From the NCBI RefSeq assembly GCF_000284115.1, contig NC_017080.1, positions 3,000,001 through 3,032,000 of the forward strand: 32,000 bases of DNA, in the 5' to 3' direction. The stretch comes from Phycisphaera mikurensis NBRC 102666. Lineage in GTDB: Bacteria; Planctomycetota; Phycisphaerae; Phycisphaerales; Phycisphaeraceae. The notes under the pieces were generated by a model that worked only from the letters and a program-made list of their open reading frames with translations, searched no databases and was not told the origin of the DNA. This document shows positions 7,279-15,963 of the stretch, one piece after another. The first letter of the stretch is position 1; each line of letters starts with the position of its first letter. Made by a program: the position numbers and the translations under genes.

Positions 7279-8244
7279 ATGGAACAACGCCGCCTGCCCG
7301 CCAACTCGAGACCCTCCGCGTCCGACGGCTTGGAGGAGCCTCACGTCGCGTCACCGAAGACGGCACGCTGTCGGATCTGCGACGAGGCGACGAGCCCGTC
7401 GTTCGACGCGCTCGTGCTCGGACGCCACCGGGTTGGGTACCACACGTGCGGGTCGTGCGGATTCCTGCAGACCGACGAGCCCTTCTGGTTGAAAGAGGCC
7501 TACGCCGCGCCCATCGCTTCGGTAGACGTCGGCCTGCTGAGCCGGAACGCCGCGAACGCCGATGCGACGTCGCTGCTGATCGACCGGCTCCTGCCTCAAG
7601 CGGAGCGTTTCCTCGACCACGGTGGCGGCTACGGCATCTTCACGCGGATGATGCGCGACCGCGGGTACGCCTTCCTCCACCACGACCCGCACTGCGAGAA
7701 CCTCTTCGCTCCGCAGCATGGGTGCCAGCCGCAGGCTTTTGACCGCGCCTTCGACCTCACCACGGCTTGGGAGGTTTTCGAGCACCTCGTCGATCCCGTC
7801 GCGACGGCTCGGGAGGTGCTGGGTTTCTCGCGGGTGCTGCTCTTCTCGACCGTGCTGCAGCCCGCGGCGGAGATCCGCTCCGCTGAAGACTGGTGGTACC
7901 TCGTGCCCGAGACCGGCCAGCACGTCGGCTTCTACACGGTCGATGCGCTACACCGCCTGGCGGAGCGGTGCGGGGCTTGCCTCCGAAGCGATGGCACCAA
8001 CCTGCACACGCTCAGCCGCGAGCCGCTCCCACGGGATCCTTTCGCATCGGCACCACCGACGCCCCGCGGGCCGGGCCGCCGGAGCCTGCTGGACGCGGAC
8101 TTCGCCGACGCGATGACGAGGCTCCGCCTAAGGCAGGCGGAGCCGATCGGTGCGGCCACGAAGCCACGGCAGATCACCCGGCCATCGCGTGAAGCGCCGT
8201 CCGCCAAGCGGCTTCCAGGCGCTGGGCGGTCGGCTCCCGCGTGA
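7279..8244 (+). CDS. Class I SAM-dependent methyltransferase with N-terminal Cys-rich (putative Zn) motif
   Basis: CRICDE...YHTCGSCGFLQTDEPFWLKEAY (CxxC...CxxC), RFLDHGGGYGIFTRMMRDRGY (SAM motif I), and FDLTTAWEVFEHLVDPVATARE. Start uncertain (ATG 7225 also possible). Confidence 0.82.
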   Translation: MEQRRLPANSRPSASDGLEEPHVASPKTARCRICDEATSPSFDALVLGRHRVGYHTCGSCGFLQTDEPFWLKEAYAAPIASVDVGLLSRNAANADATSLLIDRLLPQAERFLDHGGGYGIFTRMMRDRGYAFLHHDPHCENLFAPQHGCQPQAFDRAFDLTTAWEVFEHLVDPVATAREVLGFSRVLLFSTVLQPAAEIRSAEDWWYLVPETGQHVGFYTVDALHRLAERCGACLRSDGTNLHTLSREPLPRDPFASAPPTPRGPGRRSLLDADFADAMTRLRLRQAEPIGAATKPRQITRPSREAPSAKRLPGAGRSAPA

Positions 8245-9244
8245 GCTCCTCGAAGCGGCGCGAGCCGTGCGTGGCGATGGCTTCGCGGTGCGCGGGATCC
8301 TGCGCCAGGCGGCAGAGCTGCGCGGCGATCGCGTCGGGATCGCGCGGGTCGAAGGTCGCGGCCGGGTTGCGGATCGTGTCCGGCAGCGAGGTGACGGCGG
8401 AGCAGGCGACCGGCACGCCCAGGGACATCGCCTCGCCGAGGGGGATGCTGCCCGCCTCGTAGAGCGTCGGGATCACCACCGCGAGGCAACGCCGGTAGAG
8501 CCAGGCCAGCTCCGCCTCGGGCACGATCCCCAGGAAGCGGACGCGGGCCCGCACCGGCGAGTTGGCGAGCCGCGCCTCGATGGCGGCCATGTGCCCATTG
8601 CGCCGGCCCGTGCAGACCAGGCCCGCCGGGGAGCCGGTCTCGGCGGCGAAGCGCTCGAACGCGTCGATGAGCCGGAGGTGGTTCTTGTGCGGCCACGTCT
8701 GGGCGGGGTACAGGAAGAAGTCCCCGAGGCGCCGGTGCCGGTCCGCGAAGCGGGCCCGCTCCGCCGGCGGCGGCTCCGGCAGCCGGAAATGCCCCCAGGG
8801 CAGCGGGACCACCGTCACCTTCTCCGGCGGCAGGCCGAAGTGGTGCAGCAGGTCGTCGCGGACGTGCGGGAAGGAGACGACAACGTGGGCGGCACGGTCC
8901 AGGAGAGCGGGGTAGGCCGCTTCGCGGAACGCGAGCACCTCCGCGTCGAAGTGCTCGGGGTGGTGGAGGTGCTGCACATCGTGCATCGTGCACGCGTAGC
9001 GGACCCGCAGGTTGGGCGGCGGGACCTGCGCGGGGACGTGCAGGAGGTCCAGGAAGCTCTCCAGCGGCCGGCCGCGGGGGCCCCGGCCGAAGTGCAGGTC
9101 GTGGGGCACCTCGGCGACGCCGAGGCCCGGGCCGAAGGCGTGGGCGCCGAGCGTCGACCAGAGCCGCTCGCCGTAGGGGCCAACGCCGCCGTCGGCGAGG
9201 CCGTGCAGGCCGGTGAGGAAGCCGACCTTCACGCCCCGCTCCAC
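8174..9244 (-). CDS. Glycosyltransferase family 4/1-type (GT-B)
   Basis: GTG start. Contains VKVGFLTGLHGLADGGVGPYGERLW, FFLYPAQTWPHKNHLRLIDAFERFA and CLAVVIPTLYEAGSIPLGEAMSLGVPVACS (donor-binding E..G.P..EAM.LG.PV motif). Confidence 0.9.
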   Translation of the reverse strand: MERGVKVGFLTGLHGLADGGVGPYGERLWSTLGAHAFGPGLGVAEVPHDLHFGRGPRGRPLESFLDLLHVPAQVPPPNLRVRYACTMHDVQHLHHPEHFDAEVLAFREAAYPALLDRAAHVVVSFPHVRDDLLHHFGLPPEKVTVVPLPWGHFRLPEPPPAERARFADRHRRLGDFFLYPAQTWPHKNHLRLIDAFERFAAETGSPAGLVCTGRRNGHMAAIEARLANSPVRARVRFLGIVPEAELAWLYRRCLAVVIPTLYEAGSIPLGEAMSLGVPVACSAVTSLPDTIRNPAATFDPRDPDAIAAQLCRLAQDPAHREAIATHGSRRFEELTREPTAQRLEAAWRTALHAMAG

Positions 9245-9302
9245 CGGATCCCGCGTGCCGCCCCGACCGCCGGGCCTGGTTGTCTTCGCCGGCGAAGCCG
9301 TC

Positions 9303-10463
9303 TCAAAGCGCCTCCCGCAGCGACGCGGCCACGCGATCGACCTGGGCGTCGGCGAGGCCGGGGTGGCTGGGGAGGTTCAGCCCGGCCGCCGCCACGGCGG
9401 AGGAAACGGGGAAGTCCTCCGCCGCTCCGCCGTGCATCGGCATGCGGTGGACGGGGTGGAACACCGGCCGCGTCTCGATGCCGCGCCGGAGGAGGCTCCA
9501 ACGCACCGCGTCGCGCCGCTTCGGCTCGGGCAGGCGCAGGCACACCATCCAGTGGCTGTGGACCGTGCCCGGCCGCGTCGCCTGGAACGCGAGCCCGGGC
9601 AGACGCTCGCGGTACCGCGCCGCGATCGCCCGCTTGCGGGCGAGCACGCCGTCGAGCCGCTGCAGCTGGGCGCAGCCGATCGCGGCGCAGATGTTGGTCA
9701 TGCGGTAGTTGAAGCCCACCTCGTCGTGCCAGTAGGGATCCTCGCCGGCGAGGCCCTGGCCCTTGAGCTTGGCCACCCGCTCCGCCACGTCGGCGCGGTG
9801 GGTCAGCACCATGCCGCCCTCTCCGGTGGTGAGCGTCTTGTTCCCGTAGAAGCTCAGCGTGGCGGCGTCGCTCCCGGCGCCGACGTGGCCGAGGGGGGTC
9901 GCGCTGCCGAGGGCCTCGGCGGCGTCCTCCACCACGGCGAGCCCGTGACGCGCGGCGACGGCGTGCAGGGCGGGCGTGTCGCAGGGCTGGCCGTAGAGGT
10001 GCACGGCGAGGATCGCGGCGGTCCGCGGGCCCACGGCGGCCGCCACGGCGGCCGGGTCCATCTGCCAGGTCTCGGCGTCGCAGTCGACGAAGACGGGCTT
10101 CGCTCCGGCGTACGCGATCGCGTTGACCGACGCGACGTAGGTGAGCGTGGGGACGATCACCTCGTCGCCGGGCCCGACGCCGACGCCGAGCAGCGCGACG
10201 TGCAGGGCGGCCGTGCCGTTGCAGACGGCGACGCCGTGGCGGTGGCCGGTCCAAGCGGCGAGCTCCTGCTCGAACCGGCCGACGAACCCGCCCTTGGACG
10301 AGATCCAGCCGCTGTCGAGGCACCGCAGCACGTACTCCCGCTCCAGCGGGCCCAGGCCCGGCTCGTACACGGGGATGAAGCCGGCCGCGGCCGCGTCGCC
10401 GGGTGCCTCGGCGAGTGCAACCGCTGCCTCGCCTGCTCGCGGCCGGTCGTGCGGGGCTTCCAC
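9303..10463 (-). CDS. DegT/DnrJ/EryC1/StrS aminotransferase, GDP-perosamine synthase-like
   Basis: FIPVYEPGLGPLEREYVLRCLDSGWISSKG, VCNGTAALHVALLGVGVGPGDEVIVPTLTYVASVNAIAYAGAKPVFVD, and TLSFYGNKTLTTGEGGMVLT (PLP Lys). Confidence 0.9.
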   Translation of the reverse strand: MEAPHDRPRAGEAAVALAEAPGDAAAAGFIPVYEPGLGPLEREYVLRCLDSGWISSKGGFVGRFEQELAAWTGHRHGVAVCNGTAALHVALLGVGVGPGDEVIVPTLTYVASVNAIAYAGAKPVFVDCDAETWQMDPAAVAAAVGPRTAAILAVHLYGQPCDTPALHAVAARHGLAVVEDAAEALGSATPLGHVGAGSDAATLSFYGNKTLTTGEGGMVLTHRADVAERVAKLKGQGLAGEDPYWHDEVGFNYRMTNICAAIGCAQLQRLDGVLARKRAIAARYRERLPGLAFQATRPGTVHSHWMVCLRLPEPKRRDAVRWSLLRRGIETRPVFHPVHRMPMHGGAAEDFPVSSAVAAAGLNLPSHPGLADAQVDRVAASLREAL

Positions 10464-10595
10464 CGCCCGAAGCTAGCAGGGCCCGGTGGCGGCGAAGGCC
10501 GGAGCACGGCCGCGCGACCGCTGCGCCAGGTCGCGTCTGGAAACCCCCTGAGGCCAAAGCGACAGCGGGAGGAGTCGCTGCCAAGGAGGGCGAAG

Positions 10596-10615
10596 CCGGG
10601 GGCTGTGGCCCCCGG
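10596..10615. other. GC-rich hairpin in divergent intergenic region
   Basis: CCGGGGGC-TGTG-GCCCCCGG: perfect 8-bp stem with 4-nt loop, followed by ATGTAGCCC. Confidence 0.5.
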
Positions 10616-10693
10616 ATGTAGCCCGACGCCGGCAGCGGCTTCTCCCGCCGAGCGACGCCCAGCGGGTATTCAGACGCGGCCTAACTTGGGCTC

Positions 10694-11821
10694 GTGCACG
10701 CGGACGACGCGACGGAGGTCTGGTACGCGATCCCCTCGGCCGCGCCCGACAAGGCGCAGGAGACGCTGCCGGTGTGGAGGCGGATGGGGTACCGCGTGGC
10801 GGTGCTGCTCGACGGCGACACGCCGGAGGTGCCGGCCGACCGGACGCTGCGGGTCCCGCGGTACCGCGGCTGGTCCGCCTCGGTGAACGAGCTCATCGAG
10901 CGGGTGGTGCCGCCCTCGGCCGGGATCGTCGTCACCGGCGGCGACGACATGCTCCCGGTCCCCGGCCAGCCGGCGCCGGCGCTGGCCCGGCAGTTCGCGG
11001 ACCGCTTCCCCGGGCTCGACGGCGTCATGCAGCCGTGCGGCGACGGCTTCGGCGGGGCCGGGGGCTTCTGCGGCTCGCCCTGGATCGGGCGCGGCTTCAT
11101 CGAGCGTGCCTACGGCGGGCGGGGACCGCTCTGGCCGGGCTACTTCCACACGCACGCCGACGTGGAGCTGCACGACGTCGCGGAGCGGACCGGCCGGCTG
11201 TGGATGCGGCCGGAGATCGGCCAGCACCACGCGCACGCCACGCGCGACGCCGCGGCCGGCGGCGGCGGCGAGGTCACGCCGGGCGGCCGGGCCGACGTGC
11301 GGCGTGACCTGGAGCTCTTCCTCCGGCGGCACCTCGACCACTTCCCCGGCTCGGGCCTGCCGGCGGAGGGGCCGGCGCCACCACACCGCCTCGAGAGCCA
11401 CTGGTTCCGCACGATCGGCCTCGCCGGGCTCGGGGGCGGGGCCTTCGAGGACGAGGCCCTCCGGCTCGCGCTCGGGGGCCTCGCCGACCGCGGCGTGGAG
11501 CGGGTGGCGCTCTGCCCGGCGGGGCGCTGGCTCCGCCGGGCCGCCTCCGCGCTGGCGGACCCGCCGGTGGAGGTCGTGGCCGTGGCGGACGACGCCGCCC
11601 CCGCGGCCGCGGGCCGCTTCCTGGGGTACCCGCGGGTGCGGCCGGAGGTCCTGCTCGACGGCCTCCCCGGCGGACCGCCCGGAGCGGTCCTGCTCTGCAC
11701 GGACACGCACACGGCGAAGCTCCACGCGCGGCTGGGGTTCCTGGCCGCCGCGGGCGTTGAGGTCGCTCCGCTGCCGGCGGCCGGCGGACCGGAGGCCGCC
11801 GCCCGCACCGGCTCTCTTTAG
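10694..11821 (+). CDS. Putative glycosyltransferase-like (GT-A-like) protein with C-terminal Rossmann-like add-on domain
   Basis: GTG start. EVWYAIPSAAPDKAQETLPVWRRMGYRVAVLLDGD, IVVTGGDDMLPVPGQ and CGSPWIGRGFIERAYGGRGPLWPGYFHTHADVELHD suggest a nucleotide-sugar-binding GT-A-like core. The C-terminus is similar to that of the 13873..15963 protein. Confidence 0.6.
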   Translation: MHADDATEVWYAIPSAAPDKAQETLPVWRRMGYRVAVLLDGDTPEVPADRTLRVPRYRGWSASVNELIERVVPPSAGIVVTGGDDMLPVPGQPAPALARQFADRFPGLDGVMQPCGDGFGGAGGFCGSPWIGRGFIERAYGGRGPLWPGYFHTHADVELHDVAERTGRLWMRPEIGQHHAHATRDAAAGGGGEVTPGGRADVRRDLELFLRRHLDHFPGSGLPAEGPAPPHRLESHWFRTIGLAGLGGGAFEDEALRLALGGLADRGVERVALCPAGRWLRRAASALADPPVEVVAVADDAAPAAAGRFLGYPRVRPEVLLDGLPGGPPGAVLLCTDTHTAKLHARLGFLAAAGVEVAPLPAAGGPEAAARTGSL

Positions 11822-11863
11822 GCTCGGGCCGTCCGCCCCGGAATCGCCCGGATCCCGCCCCCG

Positions 11864-13786
11864 ATGAGCACCGAAGCCACCCCCCCGCCGCGGATCGTGC
11901 TCGGCGCGGAGGCGGCGGCGGGGGTCGGACGGATGCTGCGTGAGCGGCGGGCCGCCGACGCGCCGCACTACCAGCCGCTGGTCCACCTGGTCGACCCGGC
12001 CGAGGGTGCCCCGCTGCGGGAAGCGGCCGCGGGGCTCCACCCGGCGGAGGTGAGGCTGCACGGGGGCCCGGACTGCCTCCGCTCGCTCGCGGCGGCGCTG
12101 GGCGAGGAGCTGCACGCGGCGCTGCCCCCGGCGCTGACGCTGTCGCCGCGGCTGGCGGCGCTGCGGGAGCCGGCCGCGGCGGCGCTGCGGGCGCTCGCGA
12201 CGCTGCAGAAGAAGCGGGAGGACGCGGCCCGCCGGCGGCTGGCGGCGCGGGACGCGGCGCGGGACGCGGCGTGGTGGGCCCGCCGCCTCGCGGACGCCGC
12301 CGGCACGGAGACGGGCGCCGGCCAGCCGCTGCGGGTGGCGGTCGTCACCTCGCGGTTCAGCACCTTCCTGCGGCACGCGGCGGCGGGCCTGGCCGCCGCG
12401 GTGGGGCGACGCGGCGGCCTGTGCGAGCTGGTGCTCGAGCCGACGCCGCACGGCCCGCGGGCCCCGCTTCAGCTCCTGGAGCGGTGTCTCGCGCTCGACC
12501 CGGACCTCCTCGTCGGCATCAACTTCCGACGCGCCGACCTGCCGGGCCACCTGCCCGAGGGCGTGCCCTTCGTCTGCTGGATCCAGGACGCGATGCCGCA
12601 CCTCTTCCGGCCGGCGGGAACCGGGCCGGGACCGCGCGACTTCGTGGCCGGCCTGCGGCTCGCGGGAAGCGACGCGTTGGAGCGCTGCCCGCCGGAGCGT
12701 TTCCTGCACTTCGGGGTGCCGGTGGCGCCCGAGCGTTTCGCCGGCGGGAGCGGCCGCCCGCGGACCGGCCGCGGCCGCGGCGTGGTCTACGTCAGCCACC
12801 AATCCGAGCCCGCCGACCGCCTCATCGAGCGGACGCGGGCCGGGGCGGCGGCGCCCGACCGAGACCGCTACGACCGGGCGGTGGTCCTGGTCCGCGAGGC
12901 GGTGGACCGCTGGCCGACGACCGCTCCGCTGGGGCTGCTGCGCCGGGCGGCGGACGCGCTGCTCCCCGCCCACCCGCGGCCGGGCGCCCGCGAGGCGATG
13001 CTCCGCCTGCACGTGGCGCCGCTCGCCGAGCGGCTGCTGCGGCACGAGACGCTGGCCTGGGCGGCGGAGGCCGCGGCCGCGTGCGGCCTGGAACTGCGGC
13101 TCCACGGCCGCGGCTGGGAGGACCACCCGACGCTGGCCCGCCACGCGGCGGGGCCGGCGGGCCACGCCGACGCGCTCGCCGGCGTCTACGCGGGGGCGGT
13201 CGCGTCGCTGCACGCCTCCGTGGAGGGCACGGCGCACCCGCGCGTGGCGGAGATCGCCATCGCGGGCGGCCTCCCGCTCGCCCGCCGCAGCTGGCAGGAG
13301 CTGTTCCACCTGCACTTCCACCGCGTCTACACGTACGCGTCGACGGTGCCCCCCGACCGGTGCCTCACGGCGGATCGGAAGCACGTCTTCGAGCTGGAGC
13401 GGCACCCGCGGCTGCGGCGGCGCCTCCGCGAGCGGGAGCGCCTGCCTCCGCTGCCCGATGAGATCGCCTTCGACGGCGCCGGCTGGGACCACCTCCGCCC
13501 GCCCAGCGACTGGCCGCGCCGCTGGGCGGTGCGGGCGGACCAGCCCGTGCCGGAGCTGCCGCGTTTCGCGCACGGGCTGGTGCTCTACGGAAACCCCCGG
13601 GATCTGACCTTCTCGACGCCAGGCGGCCTCGCCAAGAGGCTCCAACGGGCGGCGGACGACCCCGCCCGCGGCGTCCGACGCTCCGCCCGGCTCGCCTCGA
13701 TCGCGCGGCGGACGCAATCCACCGACGCCTTCCTTCAGGAGGTGCTCGGCGTGGTGCGGCGGGAGACCGCCGCCGCGGTGGGCTGA
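11864..13786 (+). CDS. Glycosyltransferase, CgeB-like/GT-B C-terminal region with long N-terminal extension
   Basis: 640 aa. DLLVGINFRRADLPGHLPEGVPFVCWIQDAMPHLF, VVYVSHQSEPADRLIERTR, ALAGVYAGAVASLHASVEGTAHPRVAEIAIAGGLPLARRS. Confidence 0.65.
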   Translation: MSTEATPPPRIVLGAEAAAGVGRMLRERRAADAPHYQPLVHLVDPAEGAPLREAAAGLHPAEVRLHGGPDCLRSLAAALGEELHAALPPALTLSPRLAALREPAAAALRALATLQKKREDAARRRLAARDAARDAAWWARRLADAAGTETGAGQPLRVAVVTSRFSTFLRHAAAGLAAAVGRRGGLCELVLEPTPHGPRAPLQLLERCLALDPDLLVGINFRRADLPGHLPEGVPFVCWIQDAMPHLFRPAGTGPGPRDFVAGLRLAGSDALERCPPERFLHFGVPVAPERFAGGSGRPRTGRGRGVVYVSHQSEPADRLIERTRAGAAAPDRDRYDRAVVLVREAVDRWPTTAPLGLLRRAADALLPAHPRPGAREAMLRLHVAPLAERLLRHETLAWAAEAAAACGLELRLHGRGWEDHPTLARHAAGPAGHADALAGVYAGAVASLHASVEGTAHPRVAEIAIAGGLPLARRSWQELFHLHFHRVYTYASTVPPDRCLTADRKHVFELERHPRLRRRLRERERLPPLPDEIAFDGAGWDHLRPPSDWPRRWAVRADQPVPELPRFAHGLVLYGNPRDLTFSTPGGLAKRLQRAADDPARGVRRSARLASIARRTQSTDAFLQEVLGVVRRETAAAVG

Positions 13787-13794
13787 GCCCGGCG

Positions 13795-13840
13795 CCGCGG
13801 ACCGCGGCCTCGATCGGCCTGCGGAGGTCACGGTCCGCGG
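13795..13840. other. Hairpin CCGCGGACCG...CGGTCCGCGG between tandem glycan genes
   Basis: Perfect 10-bp inverted repeat (13795..13804 / 13831..13840) with 26-nt spacer. Confidence 0.6.
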
Positions 13841-13872
13841 GCCCCCGCCGCGAGCGGTAGCGTCGGGGCCGC

Positions 13873-15963
13873 ATGCCCCCGGAGCCGACGCCGACGAACC
13901 CGCGCGGGACCGCCCCGCGACCGCCGCGGGTGGCGATGATCGGGCGCGGCTTCGGCGCCACCGGGGGCGGCGTGGGCGTCTACCTCGACGGCGCCTCCCG
14001 GACGCTCGCGGACGCGGGCGTGGCGGTGCACGTGGTGACCGCGGCGGCGGACGGCTCCGCCCGCACCCAGCGGGACGGGCTCCGCACCGTGCACCGGCTC
14101 CCGCTGCTGCCGGCGTCGTGCGGCTGGGAGCGGCAGGTGGCCGCCTTCGCAATGGACGCGGCCGAGCGGGTGGCGGCGCTGCACGCCGCGGGCGCCGTGG
14201 ACGTGGCCGAGGTCGCCGAGTTCGAGGCCGCCGGCCTGGCGCTGCAGCTGCTCGGGCGGGCGGCGGGGGGCGCCCGCCGCTGCCCGGTGCAGGTCCACGC
14301 CCACTGCCCCACCGCCGAGCTGATGCGGATGAGCTCGGTGCCGGCGTCGCTTCCGGGCGCCTCCGTCCGCCGGATCGACCTGGCGGAGCGGGCCTCGCTG
14401 CTGCTCGCCGACGGCGTGGTGACGCCCTCGGCCTCCCAGGCCGGCTGGCTGCGGGGCCCGCTGGGGCTCCCGATCGAGCCGGCCGTGATCCCCCTGCCTC
14501 TCGCCGATCCGGGGCCGCCGCCGCCCTGGCCCGAGGGCCCGCCCGAGGTGCTGTACGCCGGGCGGCTGGAGCCGGGCAAGGGCGTGGAGGCGCTGGTGCG
14601 GGCGTGGCCGGCGGTGGCGGAAGCGGTGCCCGGGGCGCGCCTGCGGATGGCCGGCGCGGACACGTCGACGGCGCCCGGCGGCGGATCGATGCGCGCCCAT
14701 CTGGCGGCGCTGCTGGAGGAAGCAGGCGTCGCCCCGCCGGCCGCCGCCTTCCTCGGAGCGCTCCCGCCGGCGGGCTTGGCGGAGGCGCGGGCCCGCGCCC
14801 GGGTCTGCGTGGTCCCGTCGCTCTGGGAGAGCTTCTCGTGGAGCTGCGCCGAGGCGATGGCCGCGGCCCGCCCCGTGGTCGCCTCGGACACGGGGGCGAT
14901 GCGGGAGCTGCTCGGCGGCTGCGAGGGCGGGTGGCTGTTCGCTTCGGGCCGGGTGGAGGCGCTCGCGGACGCGCTCCGGCGGGCGCTGCAGGAGACCCCC
15001 GAAGCGGCGGCGGCACGCGGGCGGCGGGGGCGGGAGCGGGTCCTCCGCCGCTGCGACCCGGCGGCGAACAACGCGCAGCGGATCCAACGCTTCGCGGACC
15101 TCGTCGCTCGCGCGGAGGTGCGGGACCCCCGGCCGCGACGGCTCCCGCCGGATCGGCGCGAAAGGCTCCGGGAGGTCGGCGTGGCGCTGGCCCGCGGCGG
15201 CGATGGACCGCACCCGGCGGTGTCCGCCGACGCCGTCCCGCCGGCCTGGCACGGCTGGCTGGGGGTCCGACGCGAGCGCGCCGGGGCTTCCGCGGCCGCC
15301 CCCGGCTCGATGGATCTGCCGGAGCCGCCGACGCGCGGCACGGCCGAAGCGGCCCTGGTTCCGCTGCTGCTGGCGTGCCTGACCGGCGATGCGGCGGAGC
15401 CTCCCGCTTTCGCGTGGGCGGCCGCCGAGGAGGACCCGGCCGCGGCCGACGCCGTGGACCTGGTCCGCGTGCTGGCGCCCGGGCTGCGCTGCCTGCACCC
15501 CGACGCGGCCTGGCGACGCTTCGGCGTGGACGCCGCCGACCCCGGTGCGGGCGCGGAGCCGCTGGCCGCGGCGCGGCGGTGGCTGGGGCTGCAGCCACCG
15601 GTCGGCGACCCGGGCACGACCGACGCGAGGGGCGACGCCGCGGCCCGCCTCGGCCGCGCCCTGCAGGACCTCGCCGACCGCGGGGTCCGCCGCGTCGCGC
15701 TGCACGGCGCCGGGGCGCACACCCGCCGCGGCGCCGCCGCCCTCGCCGAGCCGCCGGTCCGGATCGTGGCGGTGCTCGACGACGACCCGCGCCGCGCCGG
15801 CGGGTCGCTCTTCGGCCACCCGGTCCTCGGGCCCGACGAGGCCGTCGCCCGCGGCTTGATGGAGGCGGTCGTGCTCAGCTCCGACGCCGCCGAGGAGCAG
15901 CTCGCCGCCGGCTGGGCGCAGCGGGCGGCGCCCGGTGTCGAGGTGGTCCGGCTCTACGCCTGA
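13873..15963 (+). CDS. Glycosyltransferase family 4 with long C-terminal extension ending in Rossmann-like add-on domain
   Basis: 696 aa. VAMIGRGFGATGGGVGVYLDGASRTLADAG, PEVLYAGRLEPGKGVEALVRAWPAV, and VVPSLWESFSWSCAEAMAAARPVVASDTGAMRELL. Confidence 0.88.
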   Translation: MPPEPTPTNPRGTAPRPPRVAMIGRGFGATGGGVGVYLDGASRTLADAGVAVHVVTAAADGSARTQRDGLRTVHRLPLLPASCGWERQVAAFAMDAAERVAALHAAGAVDVAEVAEFEAAGLALQLLGRAAGGARRCPVQVHAHCPTAELMRMSSVPASLPGASVRRIDLAERASLLLADGVVTPSASQAGWLRGPLGLPIEPAVIPLPLADPGPPPPWPEGPPEVLYAGRLEPGKGVEALVRAWPAVAEAVPGARLRMAGADTSTAPGGGSMRAHLAALLEEAGVAPPAAAFLGALPPAGLAEARARARVCVVPSLWESFSWSCAEAMAAARPVVASDTGAMRELLGGCEGGWLFASGRVEALADALRRALQETPEAAAARGRRGRERVLRRCDPAANNAQRIQRFADLVARAEVRDPRPRRLPPDRRERLREVGVALARGGDGPHPAVSADAVPPAWHGWLGVRRERAGASAAAPGSMDLPEPPTRGTAEAALVPLLLACLTGDAAEPPAFAWAAAEEDPAAADAVDLVRVLAPGLRCLHPDAAWRRFGVDAADPGAGAEPLAAARRWLGLQPPVGDPGTTDARGDAAARLGRALQDLADRGVRRVALHGAGAHTRRGAAALAEPPVRIVAVLDDDPRRAGGSLFGHPVLGPDEAVARGLMEAVVLSSDAAEEQLAAGWAQRAAPGVEVVRLYA

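Noticed and set aside
10670-15598. 1642-aa minus-strand ORF and similar giant ORFs (18000..24416 +, 25355..28243 -, 13828..16878 +, 9213..10886 +)
   Set aside because: Shadow ORFs created by high GC content. They are antisense or out-of-frame to genes with clear family motifs, have R/P/A/G-rich composition and no recognisable domains.
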